A stretch of DNA of 64,000 bases, counting the filler, from Basidioascus undulatus (taxonomy: Eukaryota), in assembly GCA_000826855.1 (NCBI GenBank). It is 4 parts of 4 records of this genome, joined end to end, with 100 filler letters (N's around TTAATTAATTAA, not from the genome) between each part and the next. Parts side by side here need not be neighbours in the genome. Positions count along the whole stretch, not along the records: positions 49,459 to 64,000 come from JTLS01000721.1; 3 more parts are not named here. One strand, written 5' to 3'. The notes below the pieces were generated by a model. The model made no database searches and was not told the origin of the DNA. It was given only the letters and a program-made list of their open reading frames with translations. Below, in pieces: positions 52,840-64,000 of the stretch; the first letter of the stretch is position 1; every line of letters starts with the position of its first letter. A program made the translations under genes and the position numbers.

Positions 52840-55500
52840 AACTGTAGTAGGCCGCAATCGCGGCTGCCTGCCCTACTCGGTACCCATTCGACAATGTTGG
52901 TTCTCTGGGGAAGCCGTAATTCCAAGCGACCTCACGGGCGGTTTTCCTGAGAGAGATGATCATTCCCACCCGGCTTCGAAGGGGATGAGATGTCCATCAA
53001 TCCTCCTTTGACGCCCCGCAGTGCATCAAGCTCTCTCGCTTTCCTTACGCCAGCCCTCTTCTCGCCCAGGCTAACCCTCTCTCAAATCTGTGTCCTCATT
53101 AGTTAACGCTGCGCTTGAGAATCCCCTCTCAGCGGCAGCCGCATCGCCAGCGCTGGGCGCCCTTCTCCCTCGACTTTATGAAGCGTCCACTCTGTCTGCC
53201 AAAGATGAGGGGATACGCTTGGTACAGGAAGATTTGATGGAGGAAGAGGGAACTTCCAGGTCGGCCGTCACCGCAAGGGTGTCAAAAGGACATACAGACG
53301 AGCTGTTAATACGGAGAACGGAATATGGGCGTACTGCTTGAATATGCACCATCCCCCAGCAAGAACAGGGGGCGACGTTACCCCCAGACTGTTCCAGAGA
53401 TATGCAGCCGACCTTAGCTGACTACCCCACTCGGCGTAAGGGGACCAGGGTATACCGTCGTGGTCGTCCGGAATGGGATGGTGCTCACGTTGCTCGACTG
53501 ATCCGCCGCGTTCTGTCGGCCTAAGCGTCGGGTTTGGGGAGGAGAAGGAAGGGGGCCGGACCGACACGAACTAAACCCCCGAGGATGGTTTCCCGCGTCA
53601 AGTCGTTATTGAGGCGACAGAGCTCAGTGATCTGCGCCTCGCGTTCCCGGTGCATCCTTGCCCCGCCCCTGACATCAGCATATGCGAGCATCAAAGTTAA
53701 TCTGCTCTGCGGATCGGAGTGCTCGCGCTCGAAGGCCATGGAACGACTCACAGAGCAGCTCCCTCGCCTCGATAGCCATCTCCAACAGCTTCTCCCGCCC
53801 ATGCTGCCACGCGTCCATCTCGCCCCCGCCCATCCTGAGGCCGAACTTCAGTCAATGTGCTGCTCCGCTTACAGACTTTGATCTGAAAGAACCTAAAATA
53901 TCTTGTTATTATGGCATGAACAAAAGCAGAAAGCGAACATGCGTCCATGCAGTGCGAACGAGCGTGGTATCATGCCAGCTGCTGCGTCCCAATCGTACGT
54001 CCCCTAACTTTCTCACTGCGAGGCGCTCATTGATCGCCTTGGAGAGAAAACAAGCGAAAACCCAAACGTGTACTTCCACACCCTCCACCCTTCCCCCGCC
54101 TGACCGGCGGCGATGTCGAACAGCCGACGCCTGCCTCTGTACGCTGTAGTGCTCCATAGTGTTGTTCAATTGTTGATGTCTTTCCACTGGATGCTTTCCG
54201 GTCGGTCCACAGTGTTTTCAAAACGATGAAGAGTGTGCTGCAAGCTATGATGCGGCCCGCCCTACTCGGTCCCATTCAACAAGGCTCGCACTCTGCCGAA
54301 GCCGCACAGCCAGGCGACCACACGGGCGGTTTCCTCAAGCGAGATAGACTATAATGGCAGCCCGAGTGCAAGAGAAGTGGATGCCCATCAACCTTCCTCC
54401 TAGACCTGTAGATCCCACGTACAAGCGGGGTCGTCGCCCTGGAAGTGCAAATAAAAAACTTCGGCAGCATGTCCAGGCACACTGGCCCACGGAACAACAT
54501 CAAGAACAGCCTGAAAACCTTCAATAAATCTGTCCTGGCTTGGTGACCTGAAGAATTTGGATCGTTTTATAAACCACAACTCGGAGTTCTGAGGCACTTA
54601 CTGAAGGGTTACTGGTTGCCGGCGAGAAGCGAGAGCGTGGAGTGCTACGCCTGTACGGTACGTGAAGATTGGCATAAGACGATAGAATGTGCGGGATAGA
54701 CGAGCTGAGGTGCTGCGAAAGTCCTCAAAGAGAGGCCGAGAAGGGATAGACACGGTTACAGAGTACAGTCCGGGATGGGATCGTCTGAAGATCAAGGGCG
54801 GCCTGCACTCGAGCGAGTCGGTTCTTGCAAGGCGTTTGAAAGCAGTGTCTGGAGGACGCTTGCTCCAAAAACATTCTACTGGTTATTAAAAGATTACCCG
54901 GGGCCTGAGTCTAGGGAGGGCGACTTTGCAGTATTGGTTGACGTGCACACGGCCGCGGGGCAATGCATCGCAGCTCAGCTTCGCTAGTTCTCTTCAATCG
55001 AGCAGTCTCCAGTGGACAATGCGCACAAATTAGCTGTCTGGAGCACATGTCCATCAGGGACACACAAAGCGGTTAAATTGCAAGTGCGGTTCCACCCACT
55101 GCACACCTCCGGACTGCGTAACGGACGTACTTGACCCTCACGCGTTGGATTGCTTTCCAGCAGACGCTGAACGGACTGAGTGGCCTGCTCACTATTAGAT
55201 GGAAACTAGGACTGTCCCACCCGAAATCGCTGTTGTCTGTGCTCCGCTGCACGGACTGGATTGAGATTTCTGCCCGCTCGCCATACTCCCCTGAAACTCT
55301 TCGATCAAGCTGCAATCATTGTGCCATAACGCACTGTCAGACACCCGAAGGCGGACGCAGCAACATCGTCCTCGCTCATCTCAACCGCGCCACCCGCGCT
55401 ATAGCGCTCAAAGCGATCTTACGTCACGTTCTGTTGACTACCAGCGGCGGTGGCGGCACCGCTCCTAGCATTGTCGTACTTTTAGTGGTGGAAACGGGCT
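52840..55500 (-). mobile_element. Lower-GC relic, possibly decayed tyrosine-recombinase element sequences (two partial copies)
   Basis: Diverged direct repeat ~52860-53020 / ~54250-54410 encoding LRKTAREVAWNYGFPRE..NGYRVGQAAAIA and LEETARVVAWLCGF; downstream TSTIEQHYG; many stops and frameshifts. Confidence 0.35.
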
Positions 55501-55624
55501 CATGAGGGCGGGCTGGTGGGGAGGAGGTGGATAAGCACCCCGCACGCCGCGAGGAAATGAGAAGTGAGGTTATTCATCAGGTCATCAAATCATAGTCGAC
55601 AGCAGTCTACACAGCCCAACGGTC

Positions 55625-58250
55625 CTATAGCGCGAACCCCTCCGTGTGCAGCCCCACCCCGCCCACGCGTGCCGCCCGCACAGGCTCAATGGCAGCCACG
55701 GCGTTCCGAACCTCTGCAACGAGCGCAGGCGGTCCAGCCGCCGCAATCCCGAGGCCGCCTCCGCCGGCCATCGGGGTCAAAGGCGCTGAGGTCGGGGACC
55801 CGCCACGCTCCTGCCCCTTCTCGAGCGACGAGTGGCTCGAACTCTTATTCATCTCGGCGTTGGACGCTGAGGCATCGGCGAGCGACTCGCGCACGAGCGT
55901 GCGGATATCCGGACGGTAGAGCGTCAGAGACGTGTGCGCGGAGAGGGTGTCGAGGCCGAAGAGCGGGGGCGTGGTCCTGTCGGGGCTGGCTAGGGGGAAG
56001 GCAGGCCCGCTGCTACCGTCGTCGTCGGGGAGGGAGACGTGCGAGGGAGCGGGGAGGCTGGAGGGGTTGGTGATGTAAATGTGGGTGGTTGCGTGTACGG
56101 CTGCGCACTTGGCGAGGAGGTCCAACGACCGGCGGAGAGCGGGCGCGTAGGCGCTCAGAGCGGCTGAGGAAGAGGAGGGGATGGTGGGTCAGCGTCCAGC
56201 GAAGCCGAAGCGGGTCAATGGATAAAAAAGGGAGAGGAGGGGCGACGTACGGTAGTTCCGGAGAATCAGCACCACCCGCACCCTCCTCATCGCCCCTCCG
56301 GCAGTGGCAAGGCGCCCAGCCAAGTCGTCCAGCGCGCCCAAAATAAACGTGACCCCAGACCCACCCGAGAGGAGCAAGACGTCCTCGAACTCCTCCAGGT
56401 CGATGGAGGGCCCGCCGTACGGCCCATCAACGATGACGCGCGATGCGCATGCCTTCTCCGTGCCCTCGCTGTCGGACTGCACGGCCTGGTGCAGCGCGCG
56501 GGTCCAGTCACCCGCGGAGTGGGCGTAGAGCGTCAGGCCGCGCGGGCGGGAGGATGCAAGAGCGGGAAGGGAGGTGAGGGGCGCGTTCGTAATCGTTAAA
56601 GGGTGCGTTTCGACTGCGAACATGGGTGGGAGTGGGCGCGGCTCGATCAGATTTCGTGTAGGAGGTCCAGGTAAGGTGAATGGCGTACTGAAGCGCGATC
56701 CGGAGAAGACGCGGACCCAGATGTGCTGTCCTGCGCGCCAGCCACTGTCGATATCTGAGGAGCGGAAGACAGTACATCTTTCAGCGCTGCCTTGCTTAAA
56801 GAGCATGCCGTTGTGCACGCTCACCGTGGACGTGGATCTGGGTCGTAGGTAGAGCTCAGCACGTTCCTTCAGAGGCCCTTCCTCATAGCGAACGGCTCAC
56901 CATCGTCACACCATCCGCAAGAGCAATAAGCGAAGCGTCCCGGACCCGGTAGCGCAGAAGGCGGAAGACGAGGTCAAGGGTGTAGAAGGCAATAATCGGG
57001 TACACAAACGGGCGGGAGTCTGTTCGCACTGTTTTAGCGGTGTACTCAAGCCACCCGAGGGCAGGAGGGAAGCACAACATACACGGCGTGTGGTAGCCTG
57101 CTCGCGCAGCGCAGCAAGTCAGTGTGGCGCTTCTGGACTAGCGAACGCTTTGGCTTACTGATAGCGATGATGAATCCGACGAATCCGAGAATGCTGTACG
57201 CGCTCAAGAGTTGATCATCTGAAGGTTATCAAGAGGAGACACACAGCGGAAGAAGTACTGAGAAGCCCAGAAGACCTGGTACGCGACCTTGCGCACAATC
57301 CGGAGCGAGCTGAGGACGATAACGCAGAGGAAGGCAAAGGCGGTGTATCCTTGACGTGCCTTGATGTTCTTGCTCAGTTGATCGCCGATTCCTCCCTATG
57401 TACAGGAGCGGAGTCAGTTGCGACCGATGGTGGTGTGGCTAGAGAGGAGAGGAAGCGAACGGTGATGTAGATGTGAGACCACAAGGAGCCGTGGACCACC
57501 TGTATAGGGAACATCAGCTTCGTTCGTTTTTATCGCAGAGCTCGAGTCTAGCTCACCGCCATGAGGAACAGGAAGCGACCCGTCCAGCGGTGCAACCAGT
57601 TGAGGCGGTCGTAGGACTTGCCGAGGATCACCTCGACGAGCGGCGCCTTAGAGCTCAAGACAAACACGAAGGGTAATTGAGAAAGCGCGAGGAATCCCGG
57701 GCGATTACCGGTCGTTGAGAGGTCGACGCCACCGAGCAGGAGGCAGGGGATGAGGGCGGCGACGTAAACAAGGACGACGGCGCATTGCGCGACCGTCAGC
57801 GGGAAGTACGCGCGGCGGCAGCAGTCCTGGACCTTTCGGTGCAGAAAGCGCGGCAGCGGAAGGGTGTAGAGCGTGGCGGTGTGGAAGAGCGCTTGGTGGT
57901 ACGCGAGGGGGCGAAGACGGCGAGGGGCGAGGGCAGGCCGCTGTGAAGCGCTGATGGCGCTCTCCTCCTTGCCGAGGGAGCGGTAGGCCGTTCCGTTGCT
58001 CTCGCACAGCAGCCAGCCTTGTAAGATCCGCTGGGTCTGAATCCGTCGTACGAGCGTCGGCGTCGCGCACAAGGCAAGTGCGGCGAGGCCGGCGGAATAG
58101 GCGTAGACGAGGTAGCGTCCGTACTGCGGGTCGACGACGTACGAGCTACCGATCGAGGATTGTTCAGCATTGTTCAGCTTCGACAATTCAAGAAAGAGGA
58201 GCGTACTTGTACGGCCTTAGGTGTGACGGAGGCAAGGGCGCGCCGGACAT
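55625..58250 (-). CDS. Ferric/cupric reductase (Fre/NOX-like flavocytochrome)
   Basis: NRPGFLALSQLP; heme His in YDRLNWLHRWTGR, VHGSLW, FWASHILG, SYHTP; WRAGQHIWVR; FAD motif HPLTIT; VDGPYGG; NADPH motif LLSGGSGVTF; AGPPALV; LHTEGFAL*. Confidence 0.93.
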
Positions 58251-58449
58251 ACTGGCTGCAATGCTGCGGCGGGGGATGATGGTGGTTGGAAGTCAAGAGA
58301 CACTGCCGGCTTCCCTCCGACTTTCACCTCTAACCAACCCTAAGTCTCGGTCCTGAATGATTTTTTTCTCAAAATCTTCGTTTGGCACATATTCACCCCT
58401 TTTGTTTCTGAAAGAGCGGTGGTCTTCGCGATGGTCACGGCGTAGGAGA

Positions 58450-58458
58450 CGAGCAAAA
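58450..58458 (-). promoter_or_regulatory. CuRE-like motif TTTTGCTCG about 200 bp upstream of the Fre gene (second copy GTTTGCTCG at 58632-58640)
   Basis: Matches the S. cerevisiae Mac1 element TTTGC(T/G)C(A/G). Confidence 0.45.
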
Positions 58459-58639
58459 CGGAACAGCGACAACCCAGTGTGCTTTCGGAGTGCAAGTGAA
58501 CACGGCAGACATTCACTCTTGAGTTCATTCAAATAGCGGTGGATCTCATCCCAATTCATAGTGAACGTAACATGCGTGGAGACGAAGCGAAACGAAACAG
58601 CGTCAACCCGGTTGCTTTTGGAGTGTGCGAGCGAGCAAA

Positions 58640-59644
58640 CTAGAGGACAGCGAGCGCGGAAGCAAGGAAGAGCCCAGAGGCAGCAACCATAGCGCCGCCG
58701 ATGGGGAGAGCGACCGCGCCGTTGTCTCCATCGTGGTCGTGGTCGGTCTCGGTGTCGTTGCCGCTCGAGTGCCCGGACGAGGTGCTGTTGCTGCAGGAGG
58801 GAACATCGGCACCCTCGATGAGTGTGACACTCGCGCACTGTGTCGGTCAGCCGGGTCAGCCGTCAGCCCTTCATGCGTAGAGAGTGGAAGATGGCTCACC
58901 TGGTAGAGGTCTAGAGGGGACGTTCGAGCGATGCAGTTCAGACAGTCAGCGATCAGAAAGCGAGCGTATGCATGTCGAAAGTGGGCTGTTGGTTCACTCA
59001 CTGCCATCGCCGCCGTCGTACCTGCGCATTGTCCCGCCCTGATAAGCTTGGCTCGCCCCTCGCAACGCTCAAGGAAGGATCCCACTCACAGGACCTGGAG
59101 CGTCGCGTCCGTGCCGTTCTGGACGCCGGGGATGTCGAGCGCACCAATGTTGACGGGCAGGCAGAACTCGCCGGCGCTGGTGACCGGCGACCAGTAGTTG
59201 ACGAACGGCAGCTGCGTGCCGTTGGACGTCGTGTTGAAGTCGGAGAACTCGGTCGGGTTTTGGTCGAGCGAGATCTGGATGGCGACTGCGTGGAGGGAGA
59301 GGAGAGGAACTCGTCAGATCGGATCTGGGAATGATATTGGATGCGGCGATGGAAAGAGGGGAGGGAGAGCGACGTACTGACGGCGGACGTGTGGTGGCTG
59401 TCGATCTTGAGGGTGGACTCGCCGAGTGGGAACGGCGTGCGCGTCGCGTTGTTGCCGGGTAAGCCGCCGCAGAAGTTGGACTCTGTCCCACCGAAACAAC
59501 AGTCAAATCTCGAGCGCACAACCAAAAGGGGGGAAACTGACCCTTCGCATCCTCGAAGCCCCACGACGTGGGGTAGTCGAGCGTGAAGTGGGCGGAAGCG
59601 GACGCAGCGAGGGCGGCAAGGGCGAGAGCAACGCGGGCGACCAT
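58640..59644 (-). CDS. BIM1: Bim1/X325-like GPI-anchored LPMO-like copper-binding protein
   Basis: Signal peptide ...ASASA then His1 (HFTLDYP); FCGG; [41 protein letters not shown]; Ser/His/Asp linker; hydrophobic GPI-type C-terminus. Confidence 0.88.
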
Positions 59645-59944
59645 GGCTGAGATGGGACTGTTCGTGACTGTTCGTCGTCGGAGGGGGAGGGAATGATGGA
59701 GGAAGGCAGAAGAGAACCCACGAGGCTGCTTGTTCTTTAAATCGGTCTGGTGGCGGAGGGCTGGGCCGGCCGTGGCTGGGGGTATGTATTCTGACGACTG
59801 ACGGGCCCTCCAATTCGAATGAAGTTTGCTGTGTCTCGGGCCTGGGACCTGAAACACGTGCGCCAAAGCCTGAAAATCACATTTAAAAATTGGCCAGATT
59901 TTGGTAGACCCGCCAGTTTACGCGCGGGCTCGCTCAAGGGCTGC

Positions 59945-59953
59945 TTTCGCTCG
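59945..59953 (+). promoter_or_regulatory. CuRE-like motif TTTCGCTCG upstream of the Bim1-like gene (also TTTGCTG at 59825-59831)
   Basis: The same 9-mer occurs in the Ctr promoter at a similar distance from the ATG. Confidence 0.35.
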
Positions 59954-60153
59954 CTTTCAGGAGGAAGACATCACAGTGCACTTTCAAACTCGCCTTTGCC
60001 GGGGTAGTGACGCCTGCACACTGAGTTATCTATTCAAGAATGAAATCAGGGTATTCGAAAGTTGACATGGTTATACAAGATGCGATGCGAAACAAGATGC
60101 GATGCGGGACCAAGCAACAAGATGGCACAAGGAAGACGACCACGGCTGCGAGA

Positions 60154-61064
60154 CTACATGATGTGCCCGCCGACTGCGAAGCGCCCGAACGCGACCTGCC
60201 GCCATCCAGCCCAATCAGCCTGCATTCACCTCCCTGCCCTTTGCAACAATGGACATACCTCCCCCGCCCCCATCCCGAGCAGAATCGAGATGAACCAGAA
60301 CGCCTGGCCCGTCCTGCGACGTTCCCGACCACCAAATCAGCCTTCTCTTCCTCTTCCTTGCTCCCTCGCAGAACATACATGATAGCAAGCATGAGCAGCA
60401 TCCCGATTCCGTACGTGACGATCGCCATCCCCCCACGCGCGAGGTCGTACTCGAGATTAAACGGCGGGGCCGAGCGGATATGTCCGTATGACGCGAGGGC
60501 CGCAAGGTGCCCCTGGGCGTCGTGCTCCACGCCCGCGTCCCGCTCTTTCGTTGAGAGCTCCTCGCGCTGCAGGTCGGCCAGGACGCGCTGCAGCCTGCGA
60601 GAAAAGAGGGTTGAGAAGGGCGCCTGGGGAAGGGGGAGGAAGAAAGCGCTCACTTAAGATTCCGACGCAGGTCGGCAGCCGCCCCCACGGCTGCGAGGAA
60701 GCGGGAGAAGACGGCGAGGAGGAAGAGCCCGATGCAGGCGCCGGCGAAGGCGCCTTTGCTCGTAGGCATCCAGGCCTCGAACCTATCCCCCCCAAAACCC
60801 CCGCACATCAGCCTGCATTCTTACACTGACTACCGTCGAAACGCACCAGAGCATGTCCGACCCGATGTTGGCGTGGAACGTCCTGCGCCCGCACGCACGT
60901 CAGTAAACACTTTGAGAGCGGTGGGGAGCGGAGTGGGAGGCACACATGCTCATCCCGTGCGAGGAGGAGCCAGAGCTGGAGCCCATGTCCATCCCGTCCA
61001 TTTGGTCGTGCGCGAGGGCGAGGGGGGCGAGCGAGCCGAGGACGATGAGGGCGAGCTCGAGCAT
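60154..61064 (-). CDS. Ctr-family high-affinity copper transporter
   Basis: Signal-like leader then HDQMDGMDMG...HGM Mets motif; MFHANIGSDMLWFEAWMPTSKGAFAGACIGLFFLAV; PPFNLEYDLARG; MLLMLAIM (MxxxM); GMGAGE (GxxxG). Confidence 0.93.
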
Positions 61065-61379
61065 TGCTGATAGACTGAGATTGGCTTGGCGGGAGAACGG
61101 GTGGCTGTCGATAGACAAGGAGATTCCTGGGTAGGACGAGAACGAGGAGGATGGAGGTGTTGTGTGTTGTGGGTGGGCGAACAGAAGGGAAGGAAGGGGG
61201 GCTCGCGGTCAGCAGCCAGCCTTCGCAGCCTGTTGCCCTCGCATTTCCAGGCAACCGGATGCAATTCACGCAGCACAAACAACACTCGCCTCGCCCTCGC
61301 GCCTCGCGTATTTTCCTTTTCCCCTAGCCCACACTCGTAAGACACAGAACATGTCATAATCTCCCATCCCGCACTCGAA

Positions 61380-61388
61380 CGAGCGAAA
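61380..61388 (-). promoter_or_regulatory. CuRE-like motif TTTCGCTCG about 320 bp upstream of the Ctr gene
   Basis: Plus strand reads CGAGCGAAA; identical to the motif in the Bim1-like promoter. Confidence 0.35.
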
Positions 61389-62851
61389 ATGATGCAGAAT
61401 CACGTCCTGCACGCAGTGTGGAAGTGAAAAGCACATGCATGGTCCTTCGCCCTTCTCGCCACCTCCCCCCGCCGGTCCACCTCGAAAACACGCGTCTACA
61501 GGCCCCCAAAAATCCGCAATCCTTCCAAGAGATCCAAAATTCAGCGGCCCCGCACAGTCACCCCGTGCCGCCCAGCCTTTCGATATGCATGCGCGTGCGC
61601 AAATGCGGATCGATGAGCGATCGGGACAACCGAGTATGTGGGACAAGGCGGGACGAGCACGGAACGATAGGCAACAGGTTCTCATTGGTCCACGTCGAGC
61701 GAAGAGCAGGGGAAGATGGTTCCGACAGCGGCCGCGTGACGTGCTCATAGCGAGGGCGGGGCGCCGTCGGTTAACGTCGGCCGATGAGCAGGGGACATGG
61801 GGAGAGTGGCAAATATGGTGTGCCAGTGGAGGGGATGGGAGAGAGGGGGTGGCGGCCTTGTGAGGGGAAGGGGGATCGGAATGTCGGCGGTCAGACGTTC
61901 GGGGAGAGAGAACGTGGATGGAAGGATGGTATTGATGGTGTCGAAGTGTGAATGCGAAAGCGTATGATCGAGGTACTGTTGATTAGCCGCGAGGAGTAAT
62001 GAGGATGATTTATCGGAAAAGATAATGAGGATAGCATCGGGTGAAATCGAATGAGGATGAGCAAGTGAATGCCGATAGGGTCGACAGCCAGCGAAAGCAT
62101 GAATGAGAAGTACGATGAGCGAGATTGGATCGAAGTCAGTGAGCTCAAGTGACGAGGGAGGGAAAGTCCACGACGCCCTCACCAACTCCGCCGACGACGA
62201 GACGGCCATCTTCTCGCAGCGAAGCCGCCCAACCCACGAAACAACCACCCACAGTGCCTGCCTGCAGTGCTTTCACCTCGACAAACCGACTGAAAGACCG
62301 GCGAGCTTCGAGCGAGAAGGGAGAGCAGGGGCTCATGGGAGAAGCAGGAGAGGAGATGGTGGCGGAAGAAGAACGAGGAGCAGAGGGGGGAGTTTGGGCG
62401 CTCTTGCGCGGTTTGCGCGAAGTGAGCGCCGCAGCGGGCGAGGGTGCGCGGTTTCTGCGAGGGTACTAGGGATTAGGTAGGGAAAATAGCACAAGAGATG
62501 AGCGGGCGCATTTTGGCTCTGTCGCGTTGAAATGCGCCAAACAACCAGGTTGTTCTCTTGAATAATTCACTTGAATGTTCATCAGTTCATATCAATAAAT
62601 GTCAGACAATTGAATCAAATATGAGAGTGTCGAAACAGCAACGTCCGCCGATCTCGGCGATAACGCACACGAAAATACCCGTCACCGAAAGGCAGGCAAC
62701 CTGCCTCCGACTCAGTCGCCTTCTCGCTTCCTCCCTGCCATTCTCCAGTCCGTTTCGCTCTCCATTTCTTTGTCCTCCCTCCCAAGTACCTGCCAGCCGT
62801 CCGCTTCCCCTCTCTCCCACTCCCGCCGCCGCCCGGCTCCCGAAACCCACC

Positions 62852-63189
62852 ATGCTCCGCTCCTTCGTCGCCTCCCTGCGCCCCCTCGTCCTCCGCGCCC
62901 GTCCTTCCACCCTCCTGCCCCCCGCCCCTACCGCTCACGCCCACGCCCACGCGCCCTCCCTGCGGCCATCCGCGCACGCGACCGCGCTCGCGCGGGGGAT
63001 GAAGGTGCGCTCGTCGATCAAGGCGATGTGCGACGGGTGCTCGATCGTCAGGCGCAAGGGCCGGTTGTATGTCATCTGCAGTAAGGATCCGAAGCACAAG
63101 CAGGTGAGTCTGAGCGGGGAGGTGGTGAGGGGAGGGGGGGGATGAGAGGCTGATGAGCGCGGGGGATGCGGGGGTAGCGGCAAGGATGA
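62852..63189 (+). CDS. RTC6: Mitochondrial ribosomal protein bL36m
   Basis: Presequence plus [38 protein letters not shown]; intron 63104-63177. Confidence 0.95.
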
Positions 63190-64000
63190 GAAGTGGACGG
63201 CTGGGCTCTGGGACGGGGAGGAGGCGAGGGCCAGGCGGTGTTGGGCGGAGGAGCAGGATGGTGGGTCTTGTGAGGGCACTGAGGCCTGGAGGGAGTCTTG
63301 TGGCTCGGGTTTATGGGTACATCTCCACCCTTCATGCACGGCGGCGAGTCTTCGATCAGCTGTGCAAGGCGCTCGAGGCGGCCAAGGAGAAGTGGGACGG
63401 CGCGATGGAGGTGCTTGATGAGGCGAAGAGTTCGATCGAGGACGCTCTTAGCGTGGGCGCAGCATGGAAGGACACCTATCAGGTTGTCGGACCTGCCAGA
63501 TGAGGCGGACGGAAACTGCGTCCGCAGCTTTCGCAGGCCCCCAAAGACCCTGAAGAGACGAACGCTCCATCAGACGTCTACTGGTTCACAAATCCTTCTC
63601 GGCGTACCCAGCTCCCCGGGATCATGCGTCGCACCGTGAGGTCGACCGCTGTCGCGCCCGCTGTCGAGATAGACGGGCTGTGCGGATTCCAGACCTTTGT
63701 CTGTTCCCGATCCTCGGAGTGGATCCAGCTCCGAAGCCGGCACCTGAAATTCGGCGCCTGGAACCGTTCTGCTCTCTAGCGTTAAGTGGGAAGACGGCAC
63801 CATCTGCGTAGAAGGTCTCCGTCTCCGAACGCCCAAGCCACGACCCAGTGCATATACGATCGGTTCGCCGGAACGCAGCGCCAGCGTTCAAAGCGGTACC
63901 ACTCCTAACTACGACAGCTCCCGCTCACAGCGTCCCACGTACAACACCCCCCTCCCTCTCCCTCTAAACGAAGCACCCCCCCCCCCCCCCCCCCCCCCCC

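Noticed and set aside
61745..62340. Possible fourth member of the copper cluster upstream of Ctr
   Set aside because: Fragmented ORFs with stops and no metal-related motif; at best a decayed unknown gene.
63976..64000. Poly-C/poly-G runs (also ~16506-16524 and ~49326-49341)
   Set aside because: Homopolymers at or near contig or window ends, likely assembly break points; no telomere repeat seen.

Overview
Eukaryotic, intron-rich, GC-rich fungal DNA; gene content and style suggest a basidiomycete, probably Pucciniomycotina (inference). The window is four contigs joined by artificial 100-nt spacers (N44-TTAATTAATTAA-N44) and apparently sorted by length, so adjacency across spacers means nothing. 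Contig 1: divergent caleosin, UTP20, decayed F-box-like genes. Contig 2: an F-box relic, POB3, an MBOAT acyltransferase, a hidden ubiquitin-like exon, a TOK K+ channel with a pore-less decayed duplicate, a GNAT pseudogene and a truncated HSP20. Contig 3: truncated muskelin, an Rtt107/Brc1-like BRCT protein, a SCYL1/Cex1 pseudokinase, a MYND pseudogene and a truncated GH13 alpha-amylase built with micro-exons. Contig 4: an F-box relic, a possible tyrosine-recombinase relic, mitochondrial bL36, and the best candidate for a new system, a compact co-oriented copper-acquisition cluster (Ctr transporter, Bim1/X325-like GPI-anchored Cu-binding protein, Fre metalloreductase) with shared CuRE-like promoter motifs. 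Gene models were spliced by eye, so exon boundaries are approximate. No RNA genes or CRISPR arrays were recognised.
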